Origin: Candidatus Azambacteria bacterium RIFCSPLOWO2_01_FULL_44_84 | GTDB taxonomy: Bacteria; Patescibacteriota; Minisyncoccia; UBA10092 | Length of the DNA stretch: 53,415 nt | Direction of reading: 5' to 3' | NCBI GenBank assembly: GCA_001774075.1 | Contig: MEYR01000005.1 | Location: 1-53,415 of the forward strand | Shown: positions 42,107 to 51,714 of the stretch, piece by piece | Layout of the letters: every line of letters begins with the position of its first letter | Numbering within the stretch: position 1 is the stretch's first letter | Made by a program: the position numbers and the translations under genes | Notes under the pieces: generated by a model | Told to the model about the DNA's origin: nothing | Databases searched by the model: none | What the model saw: only the letters and a program-made list of their open reading frames with translations

Positions 42107-42562
42107 TTATATCTCAAACCTGCAAAACTCTCCTATTTGGATATTCTCTCCCAACTTCCCTATATAATCGTTAACCACGTCTTCCACGGTTATATCCTGA
42201 TTCCGTATATACGGCTGAGATAATAATTCTTTTATGCTTTGGGGATTGGCAGCGGCAATATGCATAGCTAGTTCATGCCCCAATTGCTTGAATTGTTCGT
42301 TGCGGACCACAAAATCCGTTTCACAAAGCACCTTTACCAATACGCCTATCTTGCCGGTAGCATGAATATAAGAAGCAATAACGCCTTCGCCCGTTTGCCG
42401 CAGTGCTTTTTTGGCGGCAACCGCCACGCCACGCTTTTTAAGAAGTTCAAGAGCTTGTTCGATTTTCCCATCAGCTTCTTCCAAAGCCATTTTAATCGCG
42501 TCAACGGAAACACCCGTCATCTCACGAATTTTTTTCAAATCATTGATATTTATTTTGGACAT
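42107..42562 (-). CDS. tsf: elongation factor Ts, minimal form (151 aa)
   Basis: UBA-like IREMTGVSVDAIKMALEEADGKIEQALELLKKRG and core VKVLCETDFVVRNEQF; downstream of rpsB. Confidence 0.85.
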   Translation of the reverse strand: MSKININDLKKIREMTGVSVDAIKMALEEADGKIEQALELLKKRGVAVAAKKALRQTGEGVIASYIHATGKIGVLVKVLCETDFVVRNEQFKQLGHELAMHIAAANPQSIKELLSQPYIRNQDITVEDVVNDYIGKLGENIQIGEFCRFEI

Positions 42563-42566
42563 TTTT

Positions 42567-43292
42567 TTATTCCGCTTTTACGGCCTCTTGAACCTTTACC
42601 GCGGCGAGCGCGTCTTTGACTTTTTCAAGCACATAAGAAACAGCGCCCCTTGAACTGTCATTCCCGGGAATCGGATAATCAAATTCCGTCGGATCGCCGC
42701 TAGTATTAACCAAACCGACAACCGGAATATTTTTGCGGCGCGCTTCAACAATCGCAATGTGGTCAGCTTTTGACGAAGTAGTCCAGACGGCATCCGGCAA
42801 GCGGATGAGACTTTTCAGGCCGCCCAAAGACTTTTCAAGCTTTGCCATTTTTTCCTCCAGTTTCAGCGCTTCATACTTTGTATACTTAGAAAAGTCGCCC
42901 CCCGCTTTCTTTATTTCAAGGTCTTTAAGATAAGCGATTCTTTTACTTATAGTCGGCCAGTTGGTAATTGTTCCGCCAAGCCACCTTTCGGTAACATGGG
43001 GCATACCCAAAGCTTCCGCCATGTTTTTAACCGCGTCTTGCGCCACAACACCCGTGCCAACAAGCAAGATTACTCCTCCTTTGGCCTTAACGTCGATCAG
43101 GAATTTTATCGCTTTTTCCAGAAGCCGAGCTGAAGCTTCCAAATCAATAATCTGAAAACCGTTCTTACTGGTCCAGACAAAAGGCTGCATTTTAGGATTG
43201 GCCTGGGACTTCTGATGGCCAAGATAAAGGCCAACTTTAGTCATCTCTTCAATCTGAACACTGATATTTTTTAAGTTGTTTGATACAGACAT
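42567..43292 (-). CDS. rpsB: 30S ribosomal protein S2
   Basis: GLYLGHQKSQANPKM, VLLVGT and NIPVVGLVNTSGDP motifs. Confidence 0.93.
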   Translation of the reverse strand: MSVSNNLKNISVQIEEMTKVGLYLGHQKSQANPKMQPFVWTSKNGFQIIDLEASARLLEKAIKFLIDVKAKGGVILLVGTGVVAQDAVKNMAEALGMPHVTERWLGGTITNWPTISKRIAYLKDLEIKKAGGDFSKYTKYEALKLEEKMAKLEKSLGGLKSLIRLPDAVWTTSSKADHIAIVEARRKNIPVVGLVNTSGDPTEFDYPIPGNDSSRGAVSYVLEKVKDALAAVKVQEAVKAE

Positions 43293-43357
43293 ACACTATA
43301 ATCTATCACAAAGCCGACTGATTGACAATATCTGAAATTTCATATACAATTTAGCAC

Positions 43358-43600
43358 ATGAAAGAAAAGATTCACCCGCAATATCATGCGGAGGCAAAAG
43401 TTAAATGCGCCTGCGGCAACACCTTTAAAGTCGGCTCAACCAAGCCCGAACTTAATGTTGAAATTTGCTCAAACTGCCATCCGTTTTACACCGGCGAGGC
43501 CAAGGTCCTCGATACTGCCGGCCGGGTTGAGCGCTTCAAGAAAATGATGGAAAAAAGCGCTGTTAAACGCTCCGTTAAAAAAGCGCCTCGAAAAAAATAA
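43358..43600 (+). CDS. rpmE: 50S ribosomal protein L31 (zinc-binding type)
   Basis: MKEKIHPQY...CACG...[10 protein letters not shown]. Confidence 0.92.
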   Translation: MKEKIHPQYHAEAKVKCACGNTFKVGSTKPELNVEICSNCHPFYTGEAKVLDTAGRVERFKKMMEKSAVKRSVKKAPRKK

Positions 43601-43640
43601 GGGCTTCGTCTAAAATTTCGAGTCGGAAGCGATAAAATTT

Positions 43641-44369
43641 ATGGAAGAAAAGGTTATTATTGAAATAAGAGCTGGGACCGGCGGTGAAGAAGCCGGTCTT
43701 TTTGCTGGCGACCTTTGGCGGATGTACCGCCGTTTTTCTGAGAAGCAAGGTTTTAAAGCCGACGTCTTGGACTCTTCTCAATCTAGCGTCGGGGGGATTA
43801 AAAATTTGTCCGCGGAAATAACCGGTGCAAATGCTTACGGCTTTTTTAAATACGAATCTGGGGTGCACCGCATCCAGCGCGTGCCAAAAACTGAAAAAGG
43901 CGGCCGAATTCATACGTCCACCGCAACCATTGCCGTGCTTAAAGAAGCGCTGGAAAGAGAAATTGAAATCAGGCCGCAAGACATCAAGGTTGACGCCTTC
44001 CGTTCTTCCGGCCCCGGAGGACAAAACGTCAATAAAGTTGAAACAGCGATCAGAATTACCCACTTACCCACCGGCATCGTAGTCGCCTCCCAATCCCAAC
44101 GAAGCCAAGCTCAAAATCGCGAAAAAGCTATGACAATTCTGCGGGCTAAACTTTCAGAACTAGAACATGAAAAAGCTGTTGGCCAGATGACGGCCGAACG
44201 CAGGGCGCAAATCGGTTCCGGAGATCGTTCTGAAAAAATCAGGACCTATAACTTTCCTCAAGACAGAATAACCGACCACCGCATTGGAAAATCTTGGCAT
44301 AATATTGAAAAAATCCTCAACGGTAATATGGAACAGATAGCTAAAGCGTTGAATAAAAATTTGAAATAA
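43641..44369 (+). CDS. prfA: peptide chain release factor 1-like protein lacking the N-terminal domain 1 (242 aa)
   Basis: It starts at the domain-2 block [23 protein letters not shown]. The codon-recognition loop is RVPKTE (PxT type) and the GGQ motif is [19 protein letters not shown]. Only 40 nt separate it from the rpmE stop. Confidence 0.8.
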   Translation: MEEKVIIEIRAGTGGEEAGLFAGDLWRMYRRFSEKQGFKADVLDSSQSSVGGIKNLSAEITGANAYGFFKYESGVHRIQRVPKTEKGGRIHTSTATIAVLKEALEREIEIRPQDIKVDAFRSSGPGGQNVNKVETAIRITHLPTGIVVASQSQRSQAQNREKAMTILRAKLSELEHEKAVGQMTAERRAQIGSGDRSEKIRTYNFPQDRITDHRIGKSWHNIEKILNGNMEQIAKALNKNLK

Positions 44370-44477
44370 TTTTCGAAAATCCCAAGAAACAAGATGTAAT
44401 AACCAAATAAATCTTAAATTCAAATGACCAAAAAAATGAATTTGATTATTGATTATTTTTTGTTTCTTGTTTCTTGG

Positions 44478-45752
44478 TTATTGATTATTTATGGCGTTGA
44501 TGTCTTTTTGTATCTTCGCGGCCGCCGCCATAACATTATTGGCATAAATGCGCGCCGTCAGGGACCTGTTCCAGCGGCCGCCGGCAATATAAATTCTGGC
44601 GGCCTTGTGTTCCGCATTATAAGTCTGCTGACTAGCTCCCGCGTCGGCCAGTAAAAGACCCGAGGCGGTAAACGCGTCTTCATAATTCCACGGCGAAGGC
44701 GGGTTATGTCCGGTCAAATTACCGACGCTAGCCGCATAAAGTATCCATGTTGACGGTATAAATTGCGCCGGTCCCATAGCACCACCCCAACCATAGGAAG
44801 GTTTTTTGGAAACCGGCGTCGAATTTGGGTCAAGGCCCAAAGCGGCGGTAATTTGCTTAAAAGCGTTAAAATCACGCGGATGCATATCTTTTTGCCACGT
44901 GCCCTTACCAACGTTTCCTCCCCAATCGGATTCAATTTTTAGAATACCAAGCAAAAACGCCGATCGGACTCCGGTATGTCGCGAAGCCAGAGCCGCGTAC
45001 TGAAGTGCCTGTTCAAAAGTCAGTTTATAACCCTGGGCAAGTTCATACGGCTGATTCTTTATTTTCTCGATATCCGCGCGCGTCTTAGTTATTAAATCCT
45101 GATATTTTTTCTCTTGCCCCTTGGTTTGATCCAGAAGTTTTTGTTTTGCTTTTCGCGTTGATGCTAAGCTGTTTTGCTGCCTTTTTTGAATTTGCCTAAG
45201 TTGCTCTTGCTCTGTTTTTTGGCTTTCGAGATCTTCCTTTTCTTTTATTAATTTCGTGCGCAAGTCTTTGATCTTAGCCAAAGTACCATGAATCTTTTCC
45301 TGGATATTATTCAAATAATTCATGTCGTTGAAAAAATCAGAAAAACGCCGGTTCCTCAACAGAAACTCAAATAGAGAACTAGACTCATTGTAGGACACCT
45401 CCCTCAGGTACTGAGAAAGGAGTGAATTTTCATGGCTGATTTGCGCTTCTTTTTTGGCAATATCAGATTCTCTCTCGGCAATCTCGCCTTTTAAACTCTG
45501 AATGGTAAGAGTAGTCGCGTCAATCTCGGCTTGAATTTGTTTAATCTGCAAATCGAAGATGGCAAGTTCGCCTGATAAGCTCTGGGCTTGCGACTCGTAC
45601 TTTTGGATTTCCTGGTTATAAGAATCGATTTGAGCTTCAAGCTGCTTGATTCGCGCGTCGTTGTCGACAACCTGGGCTAAAGCATCATCGGAAGATATTG
45701 CCCAAAACCCAACGCAGACCAAAAAAATAACCGCAAAAAAGACCTTTTTCAT
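44478..45752 (-). CDS. secreted coiled-coil protein with a C-terminal lytic transglycosylase (SLT/MltB-like) domain
   Basis: Signal peptide, about 230 aa of heptad-rich sequence, then LGILKIESDWG ... GAMGPAQFIPSTW. Confidence 0.75.
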   Translation of the reverse strand: MKKVFFAVIFLVCVGFWAISSDDALAQVVDNDARIKQLEAQIDSYNQEIQKYESQAQSLSGELAIFDLQIKQIQAEIDATTLTIQSLKGEIAERESDIAKKEAQISHENSLLSQYLREVSYNESSSLFEFLLRNRRFSDFFNDMNYLNNIQEKIHGTLAKIKDLRTKLIKEKEDLESQKTEQEQLRQIQKRQQNSLASTRKAKQKLLDQTKGQEKKYQDLITKTRADIEKIKNQPYELAQGYKLTFEQALQYAALASRHTGVRSAFLLGILKIESDWGGNVGKGTWQKDMHPRDFNAFKQITAALGLDPNSTPVSKKPSYGWGGAMGPAQFIPSTWILYAASVGNLTGHNPPSPWNYEDAFTASGLLLADAGASQQTYNAEHKAARIYIAGGRWNRSLTARIYANNVMAAAAKIQKDINAINNQ

Positions 45753-45873
45753 ACAAAGTAATTATACATCAAAAACAAATAGCGATGCCAACACACAAAT
45801 TTCATGGGCTACAAATGTACAAATATTTGTAAATTCGTAGCCTTTTTATTCGTAATTAGTGTCGCTTTTTGAT

Positions 45874-46560
45874 TTAAGCGGCAGGCGCTTCTTTCGCTTC
45901 AGCTTCTTTCGCTCTTTCGGCGACTTTTTCTTCGGTTTCAGCTTTAACTTTCTCAACTTTTTCGGCGACTTCTTCAGTGAGCGTGGCGAGTTCTTCATCA
46001 GACCGCGGTGGCAATACCGAGGCTACTGGCGTTTCGGGATTTTCCAGAACTTCAACCCCAGACGGCGCTATAAGATCTCTTACTAGGATATTATCTTTAA
46101 ACGTGGCAATTCTTGAAATATCAACGGTCATTTCATGGGGCAGGTCGGCCGGTAAAGCGCGGACTTCCAGTTCCTGCATAGCCTTTACCAAAACGCCGCC
46201 TAAATCATCCACGGCTGCCGATTTTCCGGTAAAAGCCAACGGAATTTTCTTGATGATTTTTTCATCCATATTTACTTGATAAAAGTCGACATGAATTGTC
46301 CGCGAACTGATGGGGTCTCTTAGAACGTCATAAATAAGGACATTGCGAGGTTTGGTTTCGCCTTCTATCTCGAGCTGAACAAGAGTCGTCTCGCCCGCTT
46401 TTTTGAGAATGGCTTCAAAATCGGAAAATGGTAGAACAAGAGAAATATTTTCATTCTTGCCTCCGTAAACAACTGCGGGCAAAAAACCCTGATTTCTTAA
46501 TGATTTTACCTTTTTCCCGAGTATTTCGCGTTTTTTAGTTTTAATTATTAAATTGTTCAT
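45874..46560 (-). CDS. rplY: 50S ribosomal protein L25/Ctc family
   Basis: KKVKSLRNQGFLPAVVYGG, a two-domain length, and an acidic Ala/Glu-rich tail. Confidence 0.88.
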   Translation of the reverse strand: MNNLIIKTKKREILGKKVKSLRNQGFLPAVVYGGKNENISLVLPFSDFEAILKKAGETTLVQLEIEGETKPRNVLIYDVLRDPISSRTIHVDFYQVNMDEKIIKKIPLAFTGKSAAVDDLGGVLVKAMQELEVRALPADLPHEMTVDISRIATFKDNILVRDLIAPSGVEVLENPETPVASVLPPRSDEELATLTEEVAEKVEKVKAETEEKVAERAKEAEAKEAPAA

Positions 46561-46851
46561 TCATTTTCTTTTAAGAGCTTTGTGCAGCTCTAATATATCT
46601 TCCGCGGTAATAACTTTTGAGTTATTGAATGTTCGGAAATCTTTTTTAGTCAAATCGGTGAGAATTCCGACATTGGTAACCATGCCGGCTTCTCCTTTTA
46701 CGAACGTCATAAATACCGAGCTTTTACACGAAATACAGTCCGCGTGAAATAACGATACGTTTCCGGCCTGGCTTACTATTTCAAGATCCGCCTCGTTAAA
46801 GCGGCTATTACATATCGGACAAGGCCCCATGAATTTTAAATAATCACTCAT
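46561..46851 (-). CDS. small zinc-ribbon protein (96 aa)
   Basis: CPICNSRF ... CISCKSS form two CxxC pairs. The ORF abuts the rplY start. Confidence 0.5.
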   Translation of the reverse strand: MSDYLKFMGPCPICNSRFNEADLEIVSQAGNVSLFHADCISCKSSVFMTFVKGEAGMVTNVGILTDLTKKDFRTFNNSKVITAEDILELHKALKRK

Positions 46852-46970
46852 ACGCTTTCGCTTGATAATCCGAATTTATTATTCTAATATCCGAATATTC
46901 CGAATGAGTTTTATGAAATTTATTCGAGTTATTCGGATAATAAGTAATTCGGATTATTCGGATTATAATA
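46852..46970. repeat. ~115-bp CCGAAT/ATTCGG-rich dyad repeat, copy 2
   Basis: acgctttcgcttgataatccgaattt...atatccgaatattccgaatga...ttattcggataa...attcggattattcggattat. Confidence 0.75.
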
Positions 46971-46996
46971 AAATAAAAATCTAAATTAGTCAACTT

Positions 46997-47860
46997 TTAT
47001 ATTTTATTGATACTGCCAAAAGCCACGAGTTTCTTTTCGACAAGAGCTTGTACGGCCTCCGATACCGGCGGAAATATCTTGTAAGGCGTAACATCGTCCG
47101 GATGGTTGACTAGTGATTTTCTAAGCGCGTTAGTATAAGCTGCTCGGACTTCGGTGTTTATGTGAACATTCCGGATCCCGACATTAATGGCTTTTTTAAG
47201 GTCGCCATCGGAAATGCCGGAACCGCCATGAAGCACTAATATCGTATCAATATTTTTTTCATGAATAGCTCTTATGCGCTCAAAATCAAGCATTGGTTCA
47301 TCTAATGAAATGCCATGAATATTACCGACGGCAATAGCCAAGCGGTTCACTCCGGTTAAATTCACGAATTCTCGAGCTTGATCCGGATTGGTAAAGTCGC
47401 TAGCTTCCAGTTTGATTTTCTCATTTAAAATTTCGGAACTACCGCGCAGATAACCCAGCTCCCCTTCTACCGTTATTTCAGGATTTTTTGATTTAGCGTA
47501 TTCCATAACCCGTAGCGTAGTTTTAACATTTTCCTCAAAACTTAGGGCCGAACCGTCAAATAAAATCGAATCATAACCGGCGTCCACCGCTTCTTTTACC
47601 GCTTCAAAACTTTTATGGTGGTCGGCATTGAGTATTATAGGAATTCCGGTTTCTTCCCGAAAAGCCCGCAATAAAGCCACGGCTTGCCGCCCACCAATAA
47701 AACGCCTCTCGCCTTCCGAGGTACCGATCATTACCGGCGACTTTAGTTTGACGCATGAGGTGATAATCGCCCGAAGTTGTTCAAGATTGGAAATATTAAA
47801 ATGAGGCACAGCCCACTTCTCTAATTCGGCTCTTTTAAAGATTTCACTCCAATTTTTCAT
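46997..47860 (-). CDS. fba: class II fructose/tagatose-bisphosphate aldolase
   Basis: AVPHFNISNLEQ, ILNADHH, LVLHGGSG and HINTE motifs. Confidence 0.88.
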   Translation of the reverse strand: MKNWSEIFKRAELEKWAVPHFNISNLEQLRAIITSCVKLKSPVMIGTSEGERRFIGGRQAVALLRAFREETGIPIILNADHHKSFEAVKEAVDAGYDSILFDGSALSFEENVKTTLRVMEYAKSKNPEITVEGELGYLRGSSEILNEKIKLEASDFTNPDQAREFVNLTGVNRLAIAVGNIHGISLDEPMLDFERIRAIHEKNIDTILVLHGGSGISDGDLKKAINVGIRNVHINTEVRAAYTNALRKSLVNHPDDVTPYKIFPPVSEAVQALVEKKLVAFGSINKI

Positions 47861-49149
47861 CCTAAAGTAAAATATCCTTTAATAATATTCTGTTCAATCA
47901 ATTTATCCATTTCCTGCGTTCCAATATATCTTATAAAAATCTGATTCCAGAACGCTTCTTGATGATGATAAAGATATTTTATCATTTCTTTTTGCTTAAT
48001 GAGCGACATGACAACGTCAATTAAATTGAAGCCAACTATTTCATTCTCGCCATTTTTATCCAAAAAGCGGCCACCCACCCAGTTAAGGCCAGCCCAAAAA
48101 CCAAGATGAAGCGTCGGATGTTCATGGTCCAATCGCGTCAAGTCAGCCTCCGCCCAATCCCAGTGGCGCGTTTCCGGATTAACATGCGGCTCAAAGAGAC
48201 GGGGGTCTTGGGGATTGTCTTTGGCCAGATACCTCTGAACTATCCTTATATTGACCTTGCCGGGTCCCGGATCGGGCAAAGGCCCTTCGAGAACATCCCC
48301 GCGAAGTAAAGAAATTATATTATCGGCAAAACCGTCGTTTTGGCCGGCGTATTCTCTAAAAAGCTTAGAGTAAAAAGGCACCTCATGGAAATAGTGTAAA
48401 AGAAGAGCGAAAAGACGCATAGTATCGCCCGGAATATCAAGCGAGATCGGAATTACGAATATAACGCCCAGTTCTTTCAGATGGCTGACATTATGATATT
48501 TCTTTTCCATGAATTTTTCGGTAAGTGCCAGCCACTTTGTCGGCAAAACCAAAAGGCGCAGTTCACGCTCTTCAAAATCTTCAGGTTTTAGATTTTTGTA
48601 CGCCCGCAAGAACACTTTATTCATCCATTCTCCAGATTCAAGAAAGCGCAATGCCGGATAAATTTCCCAAATACTCTCTTTTTCAAGCAATTCATTGACA
48701 TCTTTATAGCCTAAGACCCTGATTATGGTCGGCGGCGGATTTTGAATCAAAAAATTGCGGGCTACCGATTCCTTTATAAAAAAACCCCGCTGGATTCCGC
48801 TCAACACCTTCGCTTGTATCAGTGACATGACGCTTTCCTGCTTGGTAAGGTCGGGCCTGCCCAGAATTTCAAACAATGCCGCGTCTGACGCCTCCAAATA
48901 CCCGATAAGAGTATTGTGGATTTTTTCGGCAAAGCCCGGTGAAGTCCTGTCTTCGTTTACAAGCCCAAGTTCCAAAAGAGTCCGCTCAACCAAAGCGTTA
49001 TTTTCAAAAACTATCTCTTCCATAATGTTGCGCTTGCCAGTAATGGCGTCCATTTTGGAAAAAAATTCAAGAATATCTGTTTCTTTTGCGCGTAGAATTT
49101 CGGCGATGCCGCCGGCAAAAGAATTGTAATGTTTTAAAACAGATGACAT
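47857..49149 (-). CDS. conserved-looking hypothetical protein (430 aa) embedded in the sugar-phosphate operon
   Basis: Translationally coupled on both sides (4-nt overlap with fba, 2-nt gap to the kinase). His/Asp-rich blocks (HNVSHLKE, HYFHEVP, HVNPETRHWDW, DHEHPTLHLGFW). No family recognised. Confidence 0.6.
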   Translation of the reverse strand: MSSVLKHYNSFAGGIAEILRAKETDILEFFSKMDAITGKRNIMEEIVFENNALVERTLLELGLVNEDRTSPGFAEKIHNTLIGYLEASDAALFEILGRPDLTKQESVMSLIQAKVLSGIQRGFFIKESVARNFLIQNPPPTIIRVLGYKDVNELLEKESIWEIYPALRFLESGEWMNKVFLRAYKNLKPEDFEERELRLLVLPTKWLALTEKFMEKKYHNVSHLKELGVIFVIPISLDIPGDTMRLFALLLHYFHEVPFYSKLFREYAGQNDGFADNIISLLRGDVLEGPLPDPGPGKVNIRIVQRYLAKDNPQDPRLFEPHVNPETRHWDWAEADLTRLDHEHPTLHLGFWAGLNWVGGRFLDKNGENEIVGFNLIDVVMSLIKQKEMIKYLYHHQEAFWNQIFIRYIGTQEMDKLIEQNIIKGYFTLG

Positions 49150-49151
49150 AG

Positions 49152-50147
49152 CTATAACTGTTCCTTTTTAATTTCTAATTTTTTCCAGCGAGGATTATTT
49201 AAATCTTTTTTGTATAATAATCCGGTCTTAGCGCCCATATGCTCCACCTTTGAAGTAGCGTTGGCCGAACCAATCTTAATAGCATAATCGATATCGTTTT
49301 TTAATAAAAGGCCGGCGACAAATCCGGAGCCGAAAGCGTCTCCCGCGCCGGTCCTGTCCACTACCTCTTTTTCCGGATAAGTGCCGGCGCGCCAAAGATT
49401 TTTCCCGTCGGAAATAACAACGCCTTTCGGCCCTTTAGTCATTACCACTATCCCGTCAATAGCGGCATCCAGCGTCTTAAAAATGAGTTTCTCTTCCTTG
49501 AATGGCAGATCGCAAAGAAGCGCCGCCTCCTCTTGGTTCAGGATAAAAATACTAACCATGCTTAAAAGCGGCCTCATTTCTTTCAGGCCCATTTTAATCT
49601 GGGTCTTTGATGGATTAACGGCAATCTTGACGCCGTTTTTATTCGCTATCTTCAGTGCCGACTCAAAAATATGAGCATTTTCTCCGCCCAGAGGTGCTAC
49701 GTAAAACCACTTAGCCTTAAAATCTCTAGCATCCGGCAGATCGGATTCTTTTAAATATTCGGAAGCGCCGCGATGCACTAGAATTGTCCGCTCGCCGTTT
49801 GGCGCGATTAATATGACAGAAAAAGCCGTCGCTTCTCCGACATCGCGGGCAACCCATTTAACACCTGCTTTCTCTTTCCTTAAATCGTTTATCACCCCTT
49901 GGCCGGAGGCGTCTTTCCCCACTTTGCAAATTGCGGCAGTTTTAAAACCCTGGCGCGCGAAAGTGACGGCGGCATTAGTGGCGCCTCCGCCAGTTGTAAA
50001 AAAAATATCAGGCACTTCAATCTTCGCTCCAAGCGCGAAGCATTCAGCTTGTCCCGTAATAAAACGCTCGTCTTTCAGGACTTTAAAATCCCTGCTTTTT
50101 AAAAAAACATCTTGAGTTGCGGTGCCTATTGTTATTACATCGTACAT
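49152..50147 (-). CDS. PfkB-family carbohydrate kinase (ribokinase-like)
   Basis: GGGATNAA and DRTGAGDAFGSGF signatures. Confidence 0.88.
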   Translation of the reverse strand: MYDVITIGTATQDVFLKSRDFKVLKDERFITGQAECFALGAKIEVPDIFFTTGGGATNAAVTFARQGFKTAAICKVGKDASGQGVINDLRKEKAGVKWVARDVGEATAFSVILIAPNGERTILVHRGASEYLKESDLPDARDFKAKWFYVAPLGGENAHIFESALKIANKNGVKIAVNPSKTQIKMGLKEMRPLLSMVSIFILNQEEAALLCDLPFKEEKLIFKTLDAAIDGIVVMTKGPKGVVISDGKNLWRAGTYPEKEVVDRTGAGDAFGSGFVAGLLLKNDIDYAIKIGSANATSKVEHMGAKTGLLYKKDLNNPRWKKLEIKKEQL

Positions 50148-50184
50148 AATAAATTAAAAATGAAAAGTGAAAAGTTATTGTAGA

Positions 50185-50661
50185 TTATTCAATATCAATT
50201 AAATTGAAGGGCTTCAAAACATCAAACCGGCTCACTACGCCGATAACTTTCCCATCGTCGCTGATAACCGGAATTGGATTAACCCTGTGATGGTCGCGAA
50301 AAGTCATAATTGCTTCTTCCAAAGTCGCTTCACTTTTAAGGGTCAACGGCTCTTTGTTCATGACATCCTGGACTTTTAAGGATTTGAGCATTTCTAAAAA
50401 GTTATCCCAAAAATTATCACCTCCGGAAAGATCTTCCAAGGCTAAAGATTGAAGAATTGGAATGCCTAATTTTGAACTTTCTTTTATTACATCGTATTCA
50501 GTTAAAATTCCCAAAAGCCTGTTTTCTCGATCAATCACCGGCACGCCGTCAAACCTGTGAGAAATAATCACTTTTATTGCCTCAATTAAACTAAGGCTCG
50601 GCAAAACAGAAATTACTGCCGTAACCATTATATCTTTTACTAAAATTTTTGATTCTGGCAT
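50185..50661 (-). CDS. CBS-domain pair protein
   Basis: Two CBS repeats (VKDIMVT...GVPVID...LLGILTEYD and VQDVMNK...PIPVISDDGKVIGVVSRFD). Confidence 0.85.
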   Translation of the reverse strand: MPESKILVKDIMVTAVISVLPSLSLIEAIKVIISHRFDGVPVIDRENRLLGILTEYDVIKESSKLGIPILQSLALEDLSGGDNFWDNFLEMLKSLKVQDVMNKEPLTLKSEATLEEAIMTFRDHHRVNPIPVISDDGKVIGVVSRFDVLKPFNLIDIE

Positions 50662-50662
50662 A

Positions 50663-51640
50663 TTATTTTCTCTTTAAAACTTTTAAAATCGCGTTTTTTA
50701 TATGAGAAACGCTCATACTAAATGCTTCTATAAGCTCTTCGGCTTCGCCCGATTCGCCGAATCTGTCCTGAGTACCAATAAATTCCTGCGGCACCGGATA
50801 ATTTTTCGCCAGTACTTCGGCTACTGCCGAGCCGAGGCCGCCTGCGACCTGGTGTTCTTCCACGCTTACGACAGCACCGGTTTTTTTGGCGGCGCTGACA
50901 ACCGCTTCGGCGTCAATCGGTTTTACCGTGTGGCTGTTGACCACCATAACATCAATCCCTTCTTTTGAAAGTTCCTCAGCGGCTAAAAGAGCGTTATACA
51001 AAAGCATTCCACAGCCGATTATAGCCGCGTCTTTTCCGTCCCTTAACAAAATAGCCTTACTAATTTCAAATGGAGTCTTCTCTGTCGTGAAAACCCAAGA
51101 TTTTTCCCGACCGACCCTTATGTAGCCGGGGCCGGGGCGGGCCGCGATAGCCGCCGTCGCTTTTTTCGCCTCAACGGCGTCGCATGGCACCACGACCGTC
51201 ATCCGAGGCTGAACCCTCATTAAAGCGATGTCCTCAAGCGCCTGATGGGTTGCCCCGTCGGGGCCAACGGATATGCCGGCATGAGCCCCGCAGATCTTTA
51301 CCGGCACATTATTTAAAGAAATAGTAGTCCTTATCTGTTCATTGTTGCGGCCGGGACTGAAAGTCGCGTAGGAAGAAATGAATGGAATCTTGCCGTAATT
51401 GGCAAGTCCGGCGGCAAGCGTCGCCATATTTTGTTCCGCCACGCCGACTTGAATAAACCGTTCCGGAAATTTCTCGGCAAACCAATGGGAGCGCGTTGAT
51501 TCGGTCAGATCGGCGCAAAGCACAACAACCCGCGGGTCTTTCTCCCCCGCCTCAACCAAGCCTCTGCCGTAGCCGTCACGAGTGGGCGCTTTTTCAGGAT
51601 TCAATAAATTTTCTATTAAATACGCGTTTTTGTTTATCAT
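50663..51640 (-). CDS. transketolase, C-terminal (pyrimidine-binding) subunit
   Basis: RDGYGRGL, FIQVGVAEQNM, GATHQALEDIALMR motifs. Confidence 0.92.
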   Translation of the reverse strand: MINKNAYLIENLLNPEKAPTRDGYGRGLVEAGEKDPRVVVLCADLTESTRSHWFAEKFPERFIQVGVAEQNMATLAAGLANYGKIPFISSYATFSPGRNNEQIRTTISLNNVPVKICGAHAGISVGPDGATHQALEDIALMRVQPRMTVVVPCDAVEAKKATAAIAARPGPGYIRVGREKSWVFTTEKTPFEISKAILLRDGKDAAIIGCGMLLYNALLAAEELSKEGIDVMVVNSHTVKPIDAEAVVSAAKKTGAVVSVEEHQVAGGLGSAVAEVLAKNYPVPQEFIGTQDRFGESGEAEELIEAFSMSVSHIKNAILKVLKRK

Positions 51641-51714
51641 AATATTTCTCCTACCAATTACGAATTTTTTCGTATTACGAATTCGTAATTCGACTATATT
51701 CGTAATTCGTAGGA

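Noticed and set aside
43601-43700. Programmed +1 frameshift of the prfB type at the start of the release factor gene
   Set aside because: The factor has the RF1-type PxT loop. No upstream in-frame or +1 ORF exists, because rpmE ends 40 nt before it, and no CUU-UGA-type slippery site is present.
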